Source: an uncultured delta proteobacterium (GTDB lineage Bacteria; Desulfobacterota; RBG-13-43-22). From it: DNA of 64,000 nucleotides. Below, piece after piece: positions 8,270-18,131 of the stretch. Where the stretch lies: the NCBI GenBank assembly GCA_963790475.1, contig CAWBOS010000012.1, positions 320,001 through 384,000 of the forward strand. The letters are read 5' to 3'. The position numbers and the translations under genes are program-made. Below the pieces are notes generated by a model. It ran no database searches. It was not told where the DNA came from and saw only the letters and a list, made by a program, of their open reading frames with translations. Numbering within the stretch: position 1 is the stretch's first letter; each line of letters opens with the position of its first letter.

Positions 8270-9430
8270 ATGGATCTTCCATTAAAAGGAATAAAGGTCG
8301 TTGATTTTACCCAGTATCAACAGGGAACCGTAGGGACCTTATTACTGGCCGACTGGGGGGCTGATGTCATCAAGTTGGAACCCCGGTTGGTCGGCGAACC
8401 GGGAAGGTCGGCCGGCCTGGCCTACTATCAAGCCCACAATCGGAATAAGAGAAGCGTGACCATTGATCTGAAAAAAGAAAAAGGCAAAGAGATCGTTTAT
8501 CGGTTGGTCAAGGATGCCGACATCTTTGCCCAGAATTTTCGTCCGGGAGTTGCCGAGCGTCTGGGTTTTGGCTTTGAAGCCTTATCAGCGATCAATCCAA
8601 GAATCATCTATATGACCGGCTCCGGCTTCGGGCTAAAGGGTCCCTGGAAGGACAGACCGGGTTTCGATGCCGTGGGGCAGGCTATGGGTGGAATCATGAG
8701 CCTGGCCGGACCTCCGGGATCACCCGATCTGCCGATCGGGGCCGCCGTGGCCGATCAAACCGGAGGATTCATGCTTGGGTACGGGGCCCTTTTGGCTTTG
8801 ATCGACCGTCAGCGGACCGGAAAAGGGCAGATGGTTGAAGCCTCTCTCATGGGCAGCGTTATCGGACTGATAGGCTGGGTTATGCAGGACTATCTCCTCA
8901 GCGGTCAGATCCGGGGGAAGACTCGGGCCCGTGTCGGCTCCGGCGTCTTTTCCTGCACCTTGCGGTCCGGTGACGGGAAATCATTCATCATCCAGACCTT
9001 CGGCCGAGCGGCGAAAGAAAAAGTCTTTAAAGCCGCGGGTATGAACCCCAAAGACCCGAGGTTCGAAACCGGGGAAAAGATGAGACAAAATATTGATGAG
9101 TTGATTGCTGCCCTGGAGAGTTTCTTTTCCAACAAGACCAGAGAGGAAGCCCTGGAGATTTTGGGAAAGGAAGATGTTGTCTGCGCGCCGGTTTATAACC
9201 TGGCCGAAGTCGCGGCCGAACCCCAAGTGGCAGCCAATGAATATCTGGTCGAGATAGAACATCCCCAAGAGGGGAAAATCCGCATCCTGAATAACCCGGT
9301 GACCTTAGGAAGGCAGAAGGCCCGGGTCGGGGCCGCCCCGGAACTGGGGCAGCACACCGATGAGGTCCTAAAAGAGATTGGATATTCTGAAGAAGAGATT
9401 GCCGCTTTTAGAAAGGAAGAGGTGGTTTAA
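8270..9430 (+). CDS. CoA-transferase family III, close paralogue of 6582-7760
   Basis: Same motifs; long identical stretches such as KKEKGKEIVYRLVK and DIFAQNFRPGVAERLGFG. Confidence 0.93.
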   Translation: MDLPLKGIKVVDFTQYQQGTVGTLLLADWGADVIKLEPRLVGEPGRSAGLAYYQAHNRNKRSVTIDLKKEKGKEIVYRLVKDADIFAQNFRPGVAERLGFGFEALSAINPRIIYMTGSGFGLKGPWKDRPGFDAVGQAMGGIMSLAGPPGSPDLPIGAAVADQTGGFMLGYGALLALIDRQRTGKGQMVEASLMGSVIGLIGWVMQDYLLSGQIRGKTRARVGSGVFSCTLRSGDGKSFIIQTFGRAAKEKVFKAAGMNPKDPRFETGEKMRQNIDELIAALESFFSNKTREEALEILGKEDVVCAPVYNLAEVAAEPQVAANEYLVEIEHPQEGKIRILNNPVTLGRQKARVGAAPELGQHTDEVLKEIGYSEEEIAAFRKEEVV

Positions 9431-9535
9431 CCGGTTCCCCTAGAATCAAAAGGTTTTAAGTTCAAAGAAGAAACCTAAACCCCATACCTTATACTTTAAA
9501 CCGGCTTTTTTTATCTCTGAACTTTATTTTTTAAC

Positions 9536-9581
9536 TAAAAAGCCCCCAAGCCCCTTGGCACTCCAAGGGGCTTGGGGGCTT
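9536..9581 (-). terminator. Intrinsic terminator after ilvC
   Basis: Perfect 19-bp stem AAGCCCCCAAGCCCCTTGG-CACT-CCAAGGGGCTTGGGGGCTT with a T-run on the minus strand. Confidence 0.8.
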
Positions 9582-9620
9582 AGTTTTCGCCGAACGCTTA
9601 ACGCCGAACGTTCTTTTCGA

Positions 9621-10718
9621 TCATACCTTCCGTCCTCCAACACCTTTAGTGCCCTTGGTGACGATCTTGGCTTTCTCTGCGGGGCGTAAAGCCCGAACCG
9701 CTGCCCCGGCCCGCCACATTTCGGAATTGCGCATTCCTCCCAGTTCCTTGGCCAGCACCTTCTGGTAATCCCTTCCGCCGCAGGTATTGATGACGTGTTC
9801 GGCTTCCTGACCGGAGGAGACGCGTTTGTAGAGATCTTTAAAAACAGGCGTGACCGCCTTCTTGAATTTCGGCTTCCAGTCCAGGGCTCCGCGCTGAGCG
9901 GTGACGGAGCAGTTGGAATACATCCAGTCCATTCCGTTTTCATCCACCAACCGAATCAGACTCTGGGTGAGTTCTTCAACGGTTTCGTTGAAGGCTTCGC
10001 TGGGGGAGTGACCATGCCGGCGAAGTTCGTCGTACTGGGCCTCCATGACCCCGGCCAGACAGCCCATGAGTACCCCCCGCTCGCCAACGAGATCGCTGTT
10101 GGTTTCATGCGGGAAGGTTGTCGGAAAAAGATAACCCGATCCGATGGCGATGCCGACGGCCAGACATCGTTCCTCGGCCCTTCCGGTAGCATCCTGCAAG
10201 ACCGCATAGCTGGAGTTGATTCCGGCTCCGGAAAGGAAGTTTCTCCTGACGTTAAGTCCCGACCCTTTGGGAGCGACCATAATGACGTCTACATTTTTCG
10301 GCGGGACGACGCCTGTTTTTTTCTTATAGGTAATGGAGAAGCCGTGAGAGAAATAGAGGGCATCGCCTGCCTTCAGGTTTGCTTTTACGGTAGGCCACAC
10401 CGCCCGTTGAGCGGCGTCGGAAATCAGCATCTGGATAATGGTGCCCCGTTTGACCGCTTCTCCGATGGGAAAAAGGGTTTTACCGGGAACCCAGCCATCG
10501 ACGACGGCACGGTCCCAGTCCCTCTTGAGGCCCGGTTCTTGACCGACAATGACGTTAAAACCATTGTCTTTCATGTTGAGGGCCTGGGCAGGCCCCTGAA
10601 CACCGTAACCGATGACAGCGATGACTTCCTTTTTCAACACCATGCGGGCCTTGGACAGGGGAAATTCCTTCCGGGTGATCACGGTCTCCTTGACACCGCC
10701 AAAATCAATTCTTGCCAT
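9621..10718 (-). CDS. ilvC: Ketol-acid reductoisomerase
   Basis: IAVIGYGVQGPAQALN, YFSHGF, VAPKGSG, SDLVGERGVLMG, EAFNETVEE. Confidence 0.95.
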   Translation of the reverse strand: MARIDFGGVKETVITRKEFPLSKARMVLKKEVIAVIGYGVQGPAQALNMKDNGFNVIVGQEPGLKRDWDRAVVDGWVPGKTLFPIGEAVKRGTIIQMLISDAAQRAVWPTVKANLKAGDALYFSHGFSITYKKKTGVVPPKNVDVIMVAPKGSGLNVRRNFLSGAGINSSYAVLQDATGRAEERCLAVGIAIGSGYLFPTTFPHETNSDLVGERGVLMGCLAGVMEAQYDELRRHGHSPSEAFNETVEELTQSLIRLVDENGMDWMYSNCSVTAQRGALDWKPKFKKAVTPVFKDLYKRVSSGQEAEHVINTCGGRDYQKVLAKELGGMRNSEMWRAGAAVRALRPAEKAKIVTKGTKGVGGRKV

Positions 10719-10871
10719 AACATCTTCCTCCTCTAATTTGAGTGCGGCGAGTTGTACCCGTCGTCACCTATTTTACAAACCAATTTGTAAATTTATTCTT
10801 CTCTATATCATATTGTAATGACACTGACAATACTATTTTAGATTCTTTAATTTTATGAAAACTAACTAGTT

Positions 10872-11060
10872 TTACCGCAAAGCCGCAAAGGCCGCAAAGA
10901 AGAAAATTTATCAATTGCCGGTGAGGGGCCGGCAATTGATAACCTTCGCTGCCCAATGGGCAAATATTTGATTGGAGGCCGGGCTATTTTCTTCAATCCC
11001 GCCTCTCACGGGATTGAAGAAAAATAATCCTCTCTGCGTGCTTTGCGACTTTGCGGTGAA
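10872..11060. repeat. MITE-like palindromic element
   Basis: Terminal inverted repeats ACCGCAAAG.CGCAAAG / CTTTGCGACTTTGCGGT; internal hairpins TTATCAATTGCCGG..CCGGCAATTGATAA and CTTCAATCCCG..CGGGATTGAAG. Confidence 0.7.
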
Positions 11061-11078
11061 AATTTGTCTGGCTGGATC

Positions 11079-12380
11079 TTAAAAAATCCTGGAGATCAGA
11101 AAGAAAGCCGCGGCGGCGATCATAACTGTCAGCAAGGGTTTGAAGATGGAACGGTAACTGTCGAGAAGGCCGGCCTTAAAATAATCCTTGGTCACCAGGA
11201 AACAGAGGTGGACCGGAGAAAGCATCATCCCCATAAAGCCGAACACATAGGCCAGGGCGGCATAGGAAAGAAAATTAAAAAGAGGAGTCGGGGGAAAGAG
11301 GGGAATGACCAAGGGGAAAGAAGTCCCCACAAATCCGATTCCGATCCCGGTAATGAGTCCGGAGAGAAAGGGCATAATGACGATGACCAGCAGGATTGGA
11401 ATCCGGTAAGTCATCAGTTCGGTTCTTATGTCAACCACGGCCCGGCTGTCTTTCATAATGCCCTGGAAGATCATGATGGCCGCTACCAATAATAAAATGG
11501 AGACGATATTCCGGTCATAAACCGCCTCAGCCAACTGCCTGAGAGAAATTCGGTTGACCACACCTACCCAGATCAGGGAGACCAGAAGACCGGGAAGAAT
11601 AGATACCGCCCCGGGCAGGCTGATCTTGACCCCGGCCCAATTCAGCAAAAGGGTCAACCCTTCCAGAAGGATGATGACCAGGACCACGACCAAAATAGGC
11701 ATGATCTCCCAAAAAAATGTTTTCAACTCCGAAGAGGAGAAGACCTTTTTCTCTTGAACCGATTCCCGTTGGATAGGTTTTAAAATAAAGACCACGCCGG
11801 CCAGAACCATGACCAGGGTCATAGGTATCATGACGGCTATAAATTGCCAAGTCGCCACCTTCAGCAAGGCGACGGCCAGAACCACTGCCGGATAGAGGGG
11901 CCACCAATATTCCCAGATATGTCGGAACCAATAATTGACCGCTGTCTGCTGTTCGCCGGATAAGGCGCATTTGTTGAAAGTGGTTTCGACCATGGGGGCC
12001 GAGAAGAGCGCGCCCCCGGGCATGGGCAGGAGTCCGATCAGGGCCGGCAATACCGATCCGGCGGTGCGTTCATCACCCGAAAGCCCGGCAAACCCCTCGA
12101 CGATGCGGTCCATATGGCGGGTCTCCTTCATTAGGCGGCTGATGACCAGGATTGATCCGACAATCAGGAACAAGCTGATGGTCTGGAGTTGTGACAGGCT
12201 TTGAAGGGCACTCCCGATCACGTCGCCGGGACCCAGTTTCATCCACAAACCCAGCACCAGAGAACCGATGAAGAGGCAGAGACTCAAACCAAGGCGTAAT
12301 CTGTTCAGAACAAGTATCAGGCCGAAGACGCCGAGTACCTTTATCAGAGCGGGGACGGAAAAAAACATCACAATTGCCAA
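11079..12380 (-). CDS. Multi-pass membrane protein, DUF401-like putative transporter
   Basis: PALIGLLPMPGGALFSAP, NYWFRHIWEYWWPLYP and SPVHLC motifs; about 12 hydrophobic segments. Confidence 0.8.
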   Translation of the reverse strand: MAIVMFFSVPALIKVLGVFGLILVLNRLRLGLSLCLFIGSLVLGLWMKLGPGDVIGSALQSLSQLQTISLFLIVGSILVISRLMKETRHMDRIVEGFAGLSGDERTAGSVLPALIGLLPMPGGALFSAPMVETTFNKCALSGEQQTAVNYWFRHIWEYWWPLYPAVVLAVALLKVATWQFIAVMIPMTLVMVLAGVVFILKPIQRESVQEKKVFSSSELKTFFWEIMPILVVVLVIILLEGLTLLLNWAGVKISLPGAVSILPGLLVSLIWVGVVNRISLRQLAEAVYDRNIVSILLLVAAIMIFQGIMKDSRAVVDIRTELMTYRIPILLVIVIMPFLSGLITGIGIGFVGTSFPLVIPLFPPTPLFNFLSYAALAYVFGFMGMMLSPVHLCFLVTKDYFKAGLLDSYRSIFKPLLTVMIAAAAFFLISRIF

Positions 12381-14305
12381 GCGGCCTGAGCCCCTTCTTC
12401 TACAGCCTCAAAAATCCGCCGGGGTTGGCGGGCGTCGCCGATCACTGCAAAGGGAATCTTCAATACTTCCAGGATTTCTTTTAGCTCATCCCGGGCCTTC
12501 AAACCCACGGCCAGCACCACCTGATCGATGGGAAACAGTGTTGTTTTCTCTCCTTTGGTTTCGATCTCCACGCTCCCTTCATTAATTTTCTTCAAGGTGG
12601 TATTGAAGATGAGAGGGCAGTTTTTTTCCTGAAGGCGCTGATGCAGCATATATCCGTGTGAGGTTATCTTTCGAACCGGTGACCGCTCCAGCATCTCCAC
12701 CAGGGTCACTTTTTTCCCCTTCTCACTCAGGAAATCGGCTGTTTCCATTCCGATCAGTCCACCGCCGACCACCAGAATGTTATTTTTGGGGATAACCGCA
12801 CCGCTCAAGATCTGCCAGGCATCGCAGACCTGTCCTTTATCCATTCCTTCTATCTTGGGTATTATCTTTTCTCCTCCAGCGGCGAGGATGACCTGTTCGG
12901 GCCGTTGATCTTTAAGCAAGGTCTCAGTGACCATGGTACTGCTTTTGATTGTTACCCCGGCCTTTCTGACCTGATCGATCTGCCAGTCAATCCATTCCCC
13001 GTATATTTTTTTATAAGGCGGTATCCGGGCATAGCGAAGCTGGCCGCCCAGTTCCTGATCCTGCTCGAAAAGGGTCACCCGGTGTCCCAATCGGGCGGCT
13101 TCGAAGGCTGCCGTAAGACCTCCGGGGCCTGATCCTATGACCCAGACCTTTTTGGATTTGGCCGCCGGACCTTCAGGATAAATAGTCTCCTGCCCGGTTT
13201 CGGGATTGATCGAACAGCGGATATTGCCTTCACCGAGTATCTCCCGCTCGATACATCCCTGGTTGCAGGCGATGCATTTTCGGATATCCGCTGTTCTTCC
13301 GGCTTTAGCCTTGATCAGGAAATCGGGATCGGCTAGAAATTGCCGACCGAAGGCCACTAAATCCGCATCGCCGCGGCCGATCACCTCGTCGGCCAGGGCC
13401 GGATCGCTAAATCGTCCTACCGCGATAATCGGTACGGAGACGACCTCCTTCATTTTTTTTGCCAGAGGGACATTGAATCCCGGCTCATATTCAGCTGTGG
13501 CTTGGGTTATAGCTCCGGGGCTGCCGTGGGTACCTATGGAAGCATGAATCATATCGGCCCCGGCTTTGACTATATCCGGAAGGATGGTCCGCAAGTCCTC
13601 AGCCGTGTACCCGCCCCTTATGTATTCTTCGCCAGAGACCCGGACGGAGATGGGAAAATCCGGACCAACCTGTCTTCGGACCTCGCTGATGACCTCGATT
13701 ACGAAGCGCGATCGTTCTTTTAAATTGGTCCCTCCATAAGCGTCGGTCCGCCTATTCGATATGGACGATAGAAACTGGGTCAGCAGGTAACCGTGCGCGG
13801 CATGGAGTTCCACGGCATCAAAGCCGGCCTCCCTGGCCCGGACCGCCGCAGTCCCGAAGGCCTGAATGACTTCTTTTATTTCCTCAATGGTCATCTCTCG
13901 TGGTGTCTTTCGGAAGACAATACTCGGGACCGCCGATGGCGCCACAGCCTTTCCCTGACCCAAAAGATGGAGGCTCTCCCGGCCGGCATGATGGATCTGC
14001 ATGGCGATCTTGGACCCCGCTTCGTGGGCCACGGCAACCATCCTGGAAAGTCCCGGTATGAACCGATCCTCGTAGGCCCCCAACTGGTTCGGGGTAGTGA
14101 TTCCTCCCGGGTGAGCAGCGGTTATTTCAGTGATGATCAATCCCGGTTGTCCTTTGGCCCGGCGTCTCAGATAGGCCAGATTTTCCGGGCTGACTGTCCC
14201 GTCGTCATGACCCAGGTTGGTGCCCATGGGGGGCATCACCACCCGGTTGCTTAAAGTCATAGTTTTAATGGTTATAGGTGAGAGAATGTGCCTTAATGAA
14301 TTCAT
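12368..14305 (-). CDS. NADH:flavin oxidoreductase (old yellow enzyme family, 2,4-dienoyl-CoA reductase/BaiCD-like, with Fe-S and FAD domains)
   Basis: NRVVMPPM, ELHAAHGYLL, NRRTDAYGG, CIACNQGC, GSGPGGL. Confidence 0.92.
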   Translation of the reverse strand: MNSLRHILSPITIKTMTLSNRVVMPPMGTNLGHDDGTVSPENLAYLRRRAKGQPGLIITEITAAHPGGITTPNQLGAYEDRFIPGLSRMVAVAHEAGSKIAMQIHHAGRESLHLLGQGKAVAPSAVPSIVFRKTPREMTIEEIKEVIQAFGTAAVRAREAGFDAVELHAAHGYLLTQFLSSISNRRTDAYGGTNLKERSRFVIEVISEVRRQVGPDFPISVRVSGEEYIRGGYTAEDLRTILPDIVKAGADMIHASIGTHGSPGAITQATAEYEPGFNVPLAKKMKEVVSVPIIAVGRFSDPALADEVIGRGDADLVAFGRQFLADPDFLIKAKAGRTADIRKCIACNQGCIEREILGEGNIRCSINPETGQETIYPEGPAAKSKKVWVIGSGPGGLTAAFEAARLGHRVTLFEQDQELGGQLRYARIPPYKKIYGEWIDWQIDQVRKAGVTIKSSTMVTETLLKDQRPEQVILAAGGEKIIPKIEGMDKGQVCDAWQILSGAVIPKNNILVVGGGLIGMETADFLSEKGKKVTLVEMLERSPVRKITSHGYMLHQRLQEKNCPLIFNTTLKKINEGSVEIETKGEKTTLFPIDQVVLAVGLKARDELKEILEVLKIPFAVIGDARQPRRIFEAVEEGAQAAWQL

Positions 14306-14436
14306 GTTTATCTCCTTTATAGAAATTACTCAGTTAAGAGGTGATCGTGATTTGCCAAGGCATTTTAGGAACGGCTGCTACTCTACGGTTTGGTGCTGAA
14401 CTGCTTCCGGTAAGCCTACTCCCTTACCTTTCTCAG

Positions 14437-15041
14437 CTAACGGGGAGTAATCAATTCGGCCAGATTAACATTGAGCAGACTGCCCGGCTCCTCCCCCCTG
14501 AATTCACTGTAGGCCCTGGCGCATTGAGCGATCCGAAAGAAAAAAGGAATACATAAGTGTCCGATGGGCTATGGCCAGGTCCAAGGCAAGCCAAACGGAT
14601 TTCCCTTTCATCCTGATATAGGGTGAGACTCTTTTCGAAAACCAAGTCTTGTGGCGTGTCTTTTGCACCGTCGAAATTCATGGCCGGAACTTCTTTCCTG
14701 GCTTTCTCGATCTGATCCAGGGGCATTCTCAGGGTCTCTTCCCGGCATTTGGAAGAACAAATGACGGTTGCCTCCTTGAAGAAGTGGTTGGTGTAGGTAT
14801 GGTCGCCATGAGCGTGGGTATTAATCAGAAAACGTACCGGACTATCGGTGATTTCTTTAATCCGGTTGATGAAACCCTCTATCATATATTGATTGGTCAG
14901 AGAGTCTATGACGATGGCTTCTTTTTCCCCGACGATCAAACCGGCATTGCTGCTGTAAAAAACAAAGGGTTGCAGATAAGTATACACACCCTCAATTATT
15001 TTTTTCATTTCAGCCCTCGGGGCTTTATAGGGGTTATCCAA
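14437..15041 (-). pseudogene. MBL-fold metallo-hydrolase (cyclase-like) with apparent internal deletion and frameshift
   Basis: NAG, THAHGDH and GHSPSD motifs, then an abrupt break near 14545; another frame gives a plausible native C-terminus RIAQCARAYSEFRGEEPGS ending at TAG 14437. Confidence 0.65.
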
Positions 15042-15042
15042 G

Positions 15043-15909
15043 TCAATTCCTCCAATCAGTTTCTTCTCTTTCCAATTCCGATTTCCCGATTCTCTTGGAT
15101 CGGGAATTCAGATAGTTCTCATCCCGCACCCCTTCAACCACTTGTAAAGTGTCCATGTCCGGCGGCTTGAAGTCAAGAAGAATTTCCAGGAAGGTCATGA
15201 CGATTCGGTAGGTCACCCCCCAGAGCACTTCGGATTCTTCTCCACCTTCATGGAGAAAACCCGGGAAATCCTGAATCATCTCTTCCCCGTCCAGATAGGA
15301 TTCAAAACGCATTCTGAAGCGGACGTATTTTTCGGACTTCAAAAAATCATTTAGCGGAATGGAAACAACTTTTTCCACTTCCCGGTTGGGGAAGAATCGT
15401 TTCTGATGCCTGATCCAGACCGCCATGGGGTATAGGAATCTCTGAAAGGATGCCAGGGCCTGGGGCGGCATGGGACCGAGAAATTGGGTCCGGAAGGGAT
15501 TAAGACGCATCTCTTCAAAACACTCCCTCAGACCGGTGGCCAACAGAAGGGCCAGCAGATCGGACTCTTTCCTTCTCTGAACTTTCCATTGCTTCCAATG
15601 GGGCCAGCGACCCAGAGGGAAAAAGGGCAGCCCCAGGATCCTGGCCGCCAGGGAATCGAAACGGTGGTGGATGCCTCCACCGGGGAAGCAAAGGTCGCCG
15701 GCCTGTCTCACCCACTTCGATCGTTTATTGAATACAAAACAGAGTTCGGTGCCCGGACCGTTCTCTTTTTGGCACTCACTAAAGAGGCAAAGGACTGCCG
15801 AAGATCCTGCGGGAACGATTAGATTCTCCGAGTAAAGGCAGGCATCCCGGTTCCACTTTTCAAGTGTTTCGGTAACCTGTCTAATAAATTGTCCGGAGTC
15901 CTTGGTCAA
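15043..15909 (-). CDS. NUDIX hydrolase, CoA pyrophosphatase-like, with an insertion in the Nudix box
   Basis: KRSKWVRQAGDLCFPGGG...TGLRECFEEM, NREVEKV, LWGVT. Confidence 0.8.
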   Translation of the reverse strand: MTKDSGQFIRQVTETLEKWNRDACLYSENLIVPAGSSAVLCLFSECQKENGPGTELCFVFNKRSKWVRQAGDLCFPGGGIHHRFDSLAARILGLPFFPLGRWPHWKQWKVQRRKESDLLALLLATGLRECFEEMRLNPFRTQFLGPMPPQALASFQRFLYPMAVWIRHQKRFFPNREVEKVVSIPLNDFLKSEKYVRFRMRFESYLDGEEMIQDFPGFLHEGGEESEVLWGVTYRIVMTFLEILLDFKPPDMDTLQVVEGVRDENYLNSRSKRIGKSELEREETDWRN

Positions 15910-16014
15910 CAGGGCTCTCTCTCCTTTTCCTGTTGAGATTTTTTCAGTCCTATTATATCTTTTATCAAATATTGTTTTGTTATGTCAATTTATTCAACCG
16001 AAAGGAACCGGGAT

Positions 16015-17010
16015 ATGAAAACAGAAGAATGGAACCCTGGAAAGCTTTTGGGTATTTCCGGCAATTACTGGATCGCCTGTGCCCTTCACGCCGGGGTCAA
16101 ATTGGGTATTTTCAGCCTCGTCGGTAATCAATCGCTCAGTGGACAGGAAATCGCTAATAAAGTTAATGGTGACCCAAGGGGTGTAAGCATGCTCCTGAAT
16201 GCCTTGACGGCCATGGATCTTTTAATCAAAAAGGAAGGGAGTTATTCCAACACCCCATTCAGTTCTACCTTTTTATCCAAAGAATCTCCCCAGTATATCG
16301 GTTTCATGATTATGCATCATCATCATCTGATGCCCTCCTGGGCGCAATTGGATAAGGCAGTGCTCACCGGCCAACCAATCCGGGGCCGGGCCTCTTTTGA
16401 GGATGAAACGGTTAGGGAAAGTTTCCTGATGGGCATGTTCAATATGGCCATGATGCTGGCCCCGCACCTGGCCTCGGTGATCGATCTTTCCGGCAAAAAG
16501 CATCTGCTGGACCTGGGCGGCGGTCCGGGAACATACGCTATCCATTTCTGTTTGAAAAACGCCGGACTCAAAGGCACGGTCTATGATCTTGCAACCACCC
16601 GGCCTTTCGCTGAAAAGACTATCGCCCGGTTTGGTCTGTCGGAGAGAATCACCTTTCAGGACGGGAATTATGTGCAGGAGGATATCAGGGGGACTTTCGA
16701 TGTGGCCTGGCTGTCCCAAATTCTTCACGGGGAGGGACCGGAAGAGGCCCAGCGGATAATCAAGAAGGCGGTCTCGGTCCTTGAACCGGGAGGTCAAGTT
16801 CTAATTCACGAATTCCTGTTGAACAATACCCTGGACGGCCCACTGCATCCGGCCCTGTTTTCTCTGAACATGCTTCTGGGTACGGCTCACGGCCAATCCT
16901 ATTCGGAGCAGCAGATCATGGATATGCTGGCCAGGGCCGGGGCCAGGGAAATCAGGCGCTTGCCCATGGAAACGCCCAACGATTCCGGAGTGATCCTGGG
17001 AACGGTGTAA
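16015..17010 (+). CDS. SAM-dependent O-methyltransferase (dimerisation plus methyltransferase domains)
   Basis: LLDLGGGPG, DVAWLSQILH, LEPGG; ATG 16015 after AAAGGA. Confidence 0.88.
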   Translation: MKTEEWNPGKLLGISGNYWIACALHAGVKLGIFSLVGNQSLSGQEIANKVNGDPRGVSMLLNALTAMDLLIKKEGSYSNTPFSSTFLSKESPQYIGFMIMHHHHLMPSWAQLDKAVLTGQPIRGRASFEDETVRESFLMGMFNMAMMLAPHLASVIDLSGKKHLLDLGGGPGTYAIHFCLKNAGLKGTVYDLATTRPFAEKTIARFGLSERITFQDGNYVQEDIRGTFDVAWLSQILHGEGPEEAQRIIKKAVSVLEPGGQVLIHEFLLNNTLDGPLHPALFSLNMLLGTAHGQSYSEQQIMDMLARAGAREIRRLPMETPNDSGVILGTV

Positions 17011-17038
17011 ACAGATTGGTTATTTATGACAAGCATGC

Positions 17039-17187
17039 AAAAGTCGCCAAAGGCCCATTTTTGTCATTCCGGTGAAAACCGGAATCCAGCCTTGAAAACG
17101 ATCGGATTAAAGCAGTTATAATTCTCCTGGACCCCGGCTTTCGCCCCCGGATAAATACATTCCGGGGCAGGCTTGGTGACGACTTTT
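17039..17187. repeat. REP-like palindromic element between convergent genes
   Basis: GTCATTCCGGTGAAAACCGGAATCCAG ... CTGGACCCCGGCTTTCGCC...GGTGAC, flanked by AAAAGTCG/CGACTTTT. Confidence 0.8.
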
Positions 17188-17209
17188 TACGAGTTCATCA
17201 TTCATTACC

Positions 17210-17938
17210 TCAAGCGGGCTTGACGAAAATCTCCCGGCCGATGCTTTCATCCAGGGCGATGGAGGTTTCCCCGATCTGGATAATGAAAGACGGATGGCGC
17301 TGTTTGAGTTGAATGATGACACCGGGGATCACCCCAAAAGAACCCAGGGGCCCAAGGCGGCCCTTGGCCTTTGTGGAAATAAAGACTACGCGACCTTCCT
17401 GGCCCAGGGCCAGGTCATTCAAGGGGTGGATCAGGGGTTTCATCTCCCGGGTCAGTTTTTTACAGCAGTCCCCCTGGGGAATCGGCTTCCCGTGGGGGCA
17501 GACCGGAGGGTGACCCAGAAAGGAACAGACGCTGTCGGTCACCGCCGGACTGAGGATATGTTCCAGCTTGCAGGCTTCTTTTTCGGCTTCTTCCTCGGAC
17601 ATCTCGAACAGTTCCATCAACAAGCGTTCAGTCAACCGGTGCCGGCGGACGATCCCTTCGGCCAGGGCTTCTCCCTTTTCCTTGAACCGCAGAATATCTC
17701 CATCCATTTCAAAAAGGCCTTCCCTCATCATATGATTCAAAACGGCCCTGGCCTCCGGATCCGAGGTGTTCTGAAGCAGACTGTGGATATCGGTGACCCC
17801 TTTTTCCCGGAGGGTCCAGATCAATTCCAGCAGTTCATCGATGCTTTCCTCCTGGGTTCTGGCCAAGCGGCCGTTATTCCAGGGATGGCCGGTGTGATCT
17901 CCGGAATTGTTGGTTGGATGTTCAGGGTTGGAGTTCAT
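17210..17938 (-). CDS. DtxR/MntR-family metal-dependent regulator with C-terminal FeoA domain
   Basis: RRHRLTERLL, EACKLEHILS, CPHGKPIP; FeoA-like tail (GVIPG...IQIGETSIAL). Confidence 0.88.
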   Translation of the reverse strand: MNSNPEHPTNNSGDHTGHPWNNGRLARTQEESIDELLELIWTLREKGVTDIHSLLQNTSDPEARAVLNHMMREGLFEMDGDILRFKEKGEALAEGIVRRHRLTERLLMELFEMSEEEAEKEACKLEHILSPAVTDSVCSFLGHPPVCPHGKPIPQGDCCKKLTREMKPLIHPLNDLALGQEGRVVFISTKAKGRLGPLGSFGVIPGVIIQLKQRHPSFIIQIGETSIALDESIGREIFVKPA

Positions 17939-18131
17939 TTTTTCCCCTCTTCTTTAAAAGATTTTTGATAAATTCGACGGTTCGGGAGCCTCTGGGAAAA
18001 CTGTAGCCGCAGTTGGGACAGCAGACCAGGTTGCAATGGCGGCTCATGGGACAGGACGAGGGACAGGAATGTCCGTCCAAAAGAAAGACCTGGCCGCACA
18101 AGGCGCATTTATATTTTAATTCCTCTTTCAT
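17922..18131 (-). CDS. Small Cys-rich metal-binding protein in the feo operon
   Basis: ATG overlaps the feoB stop (TGATG); CALCG...CPSSCPMSRHCNLVCCPNCGY. Confidence 0.7.
   Translation of the reverse strand: MKEELKYKCALCGQVFLLDGHSCPSSCPMSRHCNLVCCPNCGYSFPRGSRTVEFIKNLLKKRGKNELQP

Noticed and set aside
9795-10736. Long antisense ORFs (for example 9795-10736, 24375-25484, 29899-30603)
   Set aside because: They lie opposite well-supported genes and have no recognisable motifs
14340-14540. Possible structured ncRNA (6S/SRP-like) between the oxidoreductase and MBL genes
   Set aside because: Better explained as the out-of-frame 3' end of the MBL gene; no RNA family signature recognised
16315-16326. 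HHHH run in the methyltransferase
   Set aside because: Short run inside an ordinary O-methyltransferase; no support for a special function
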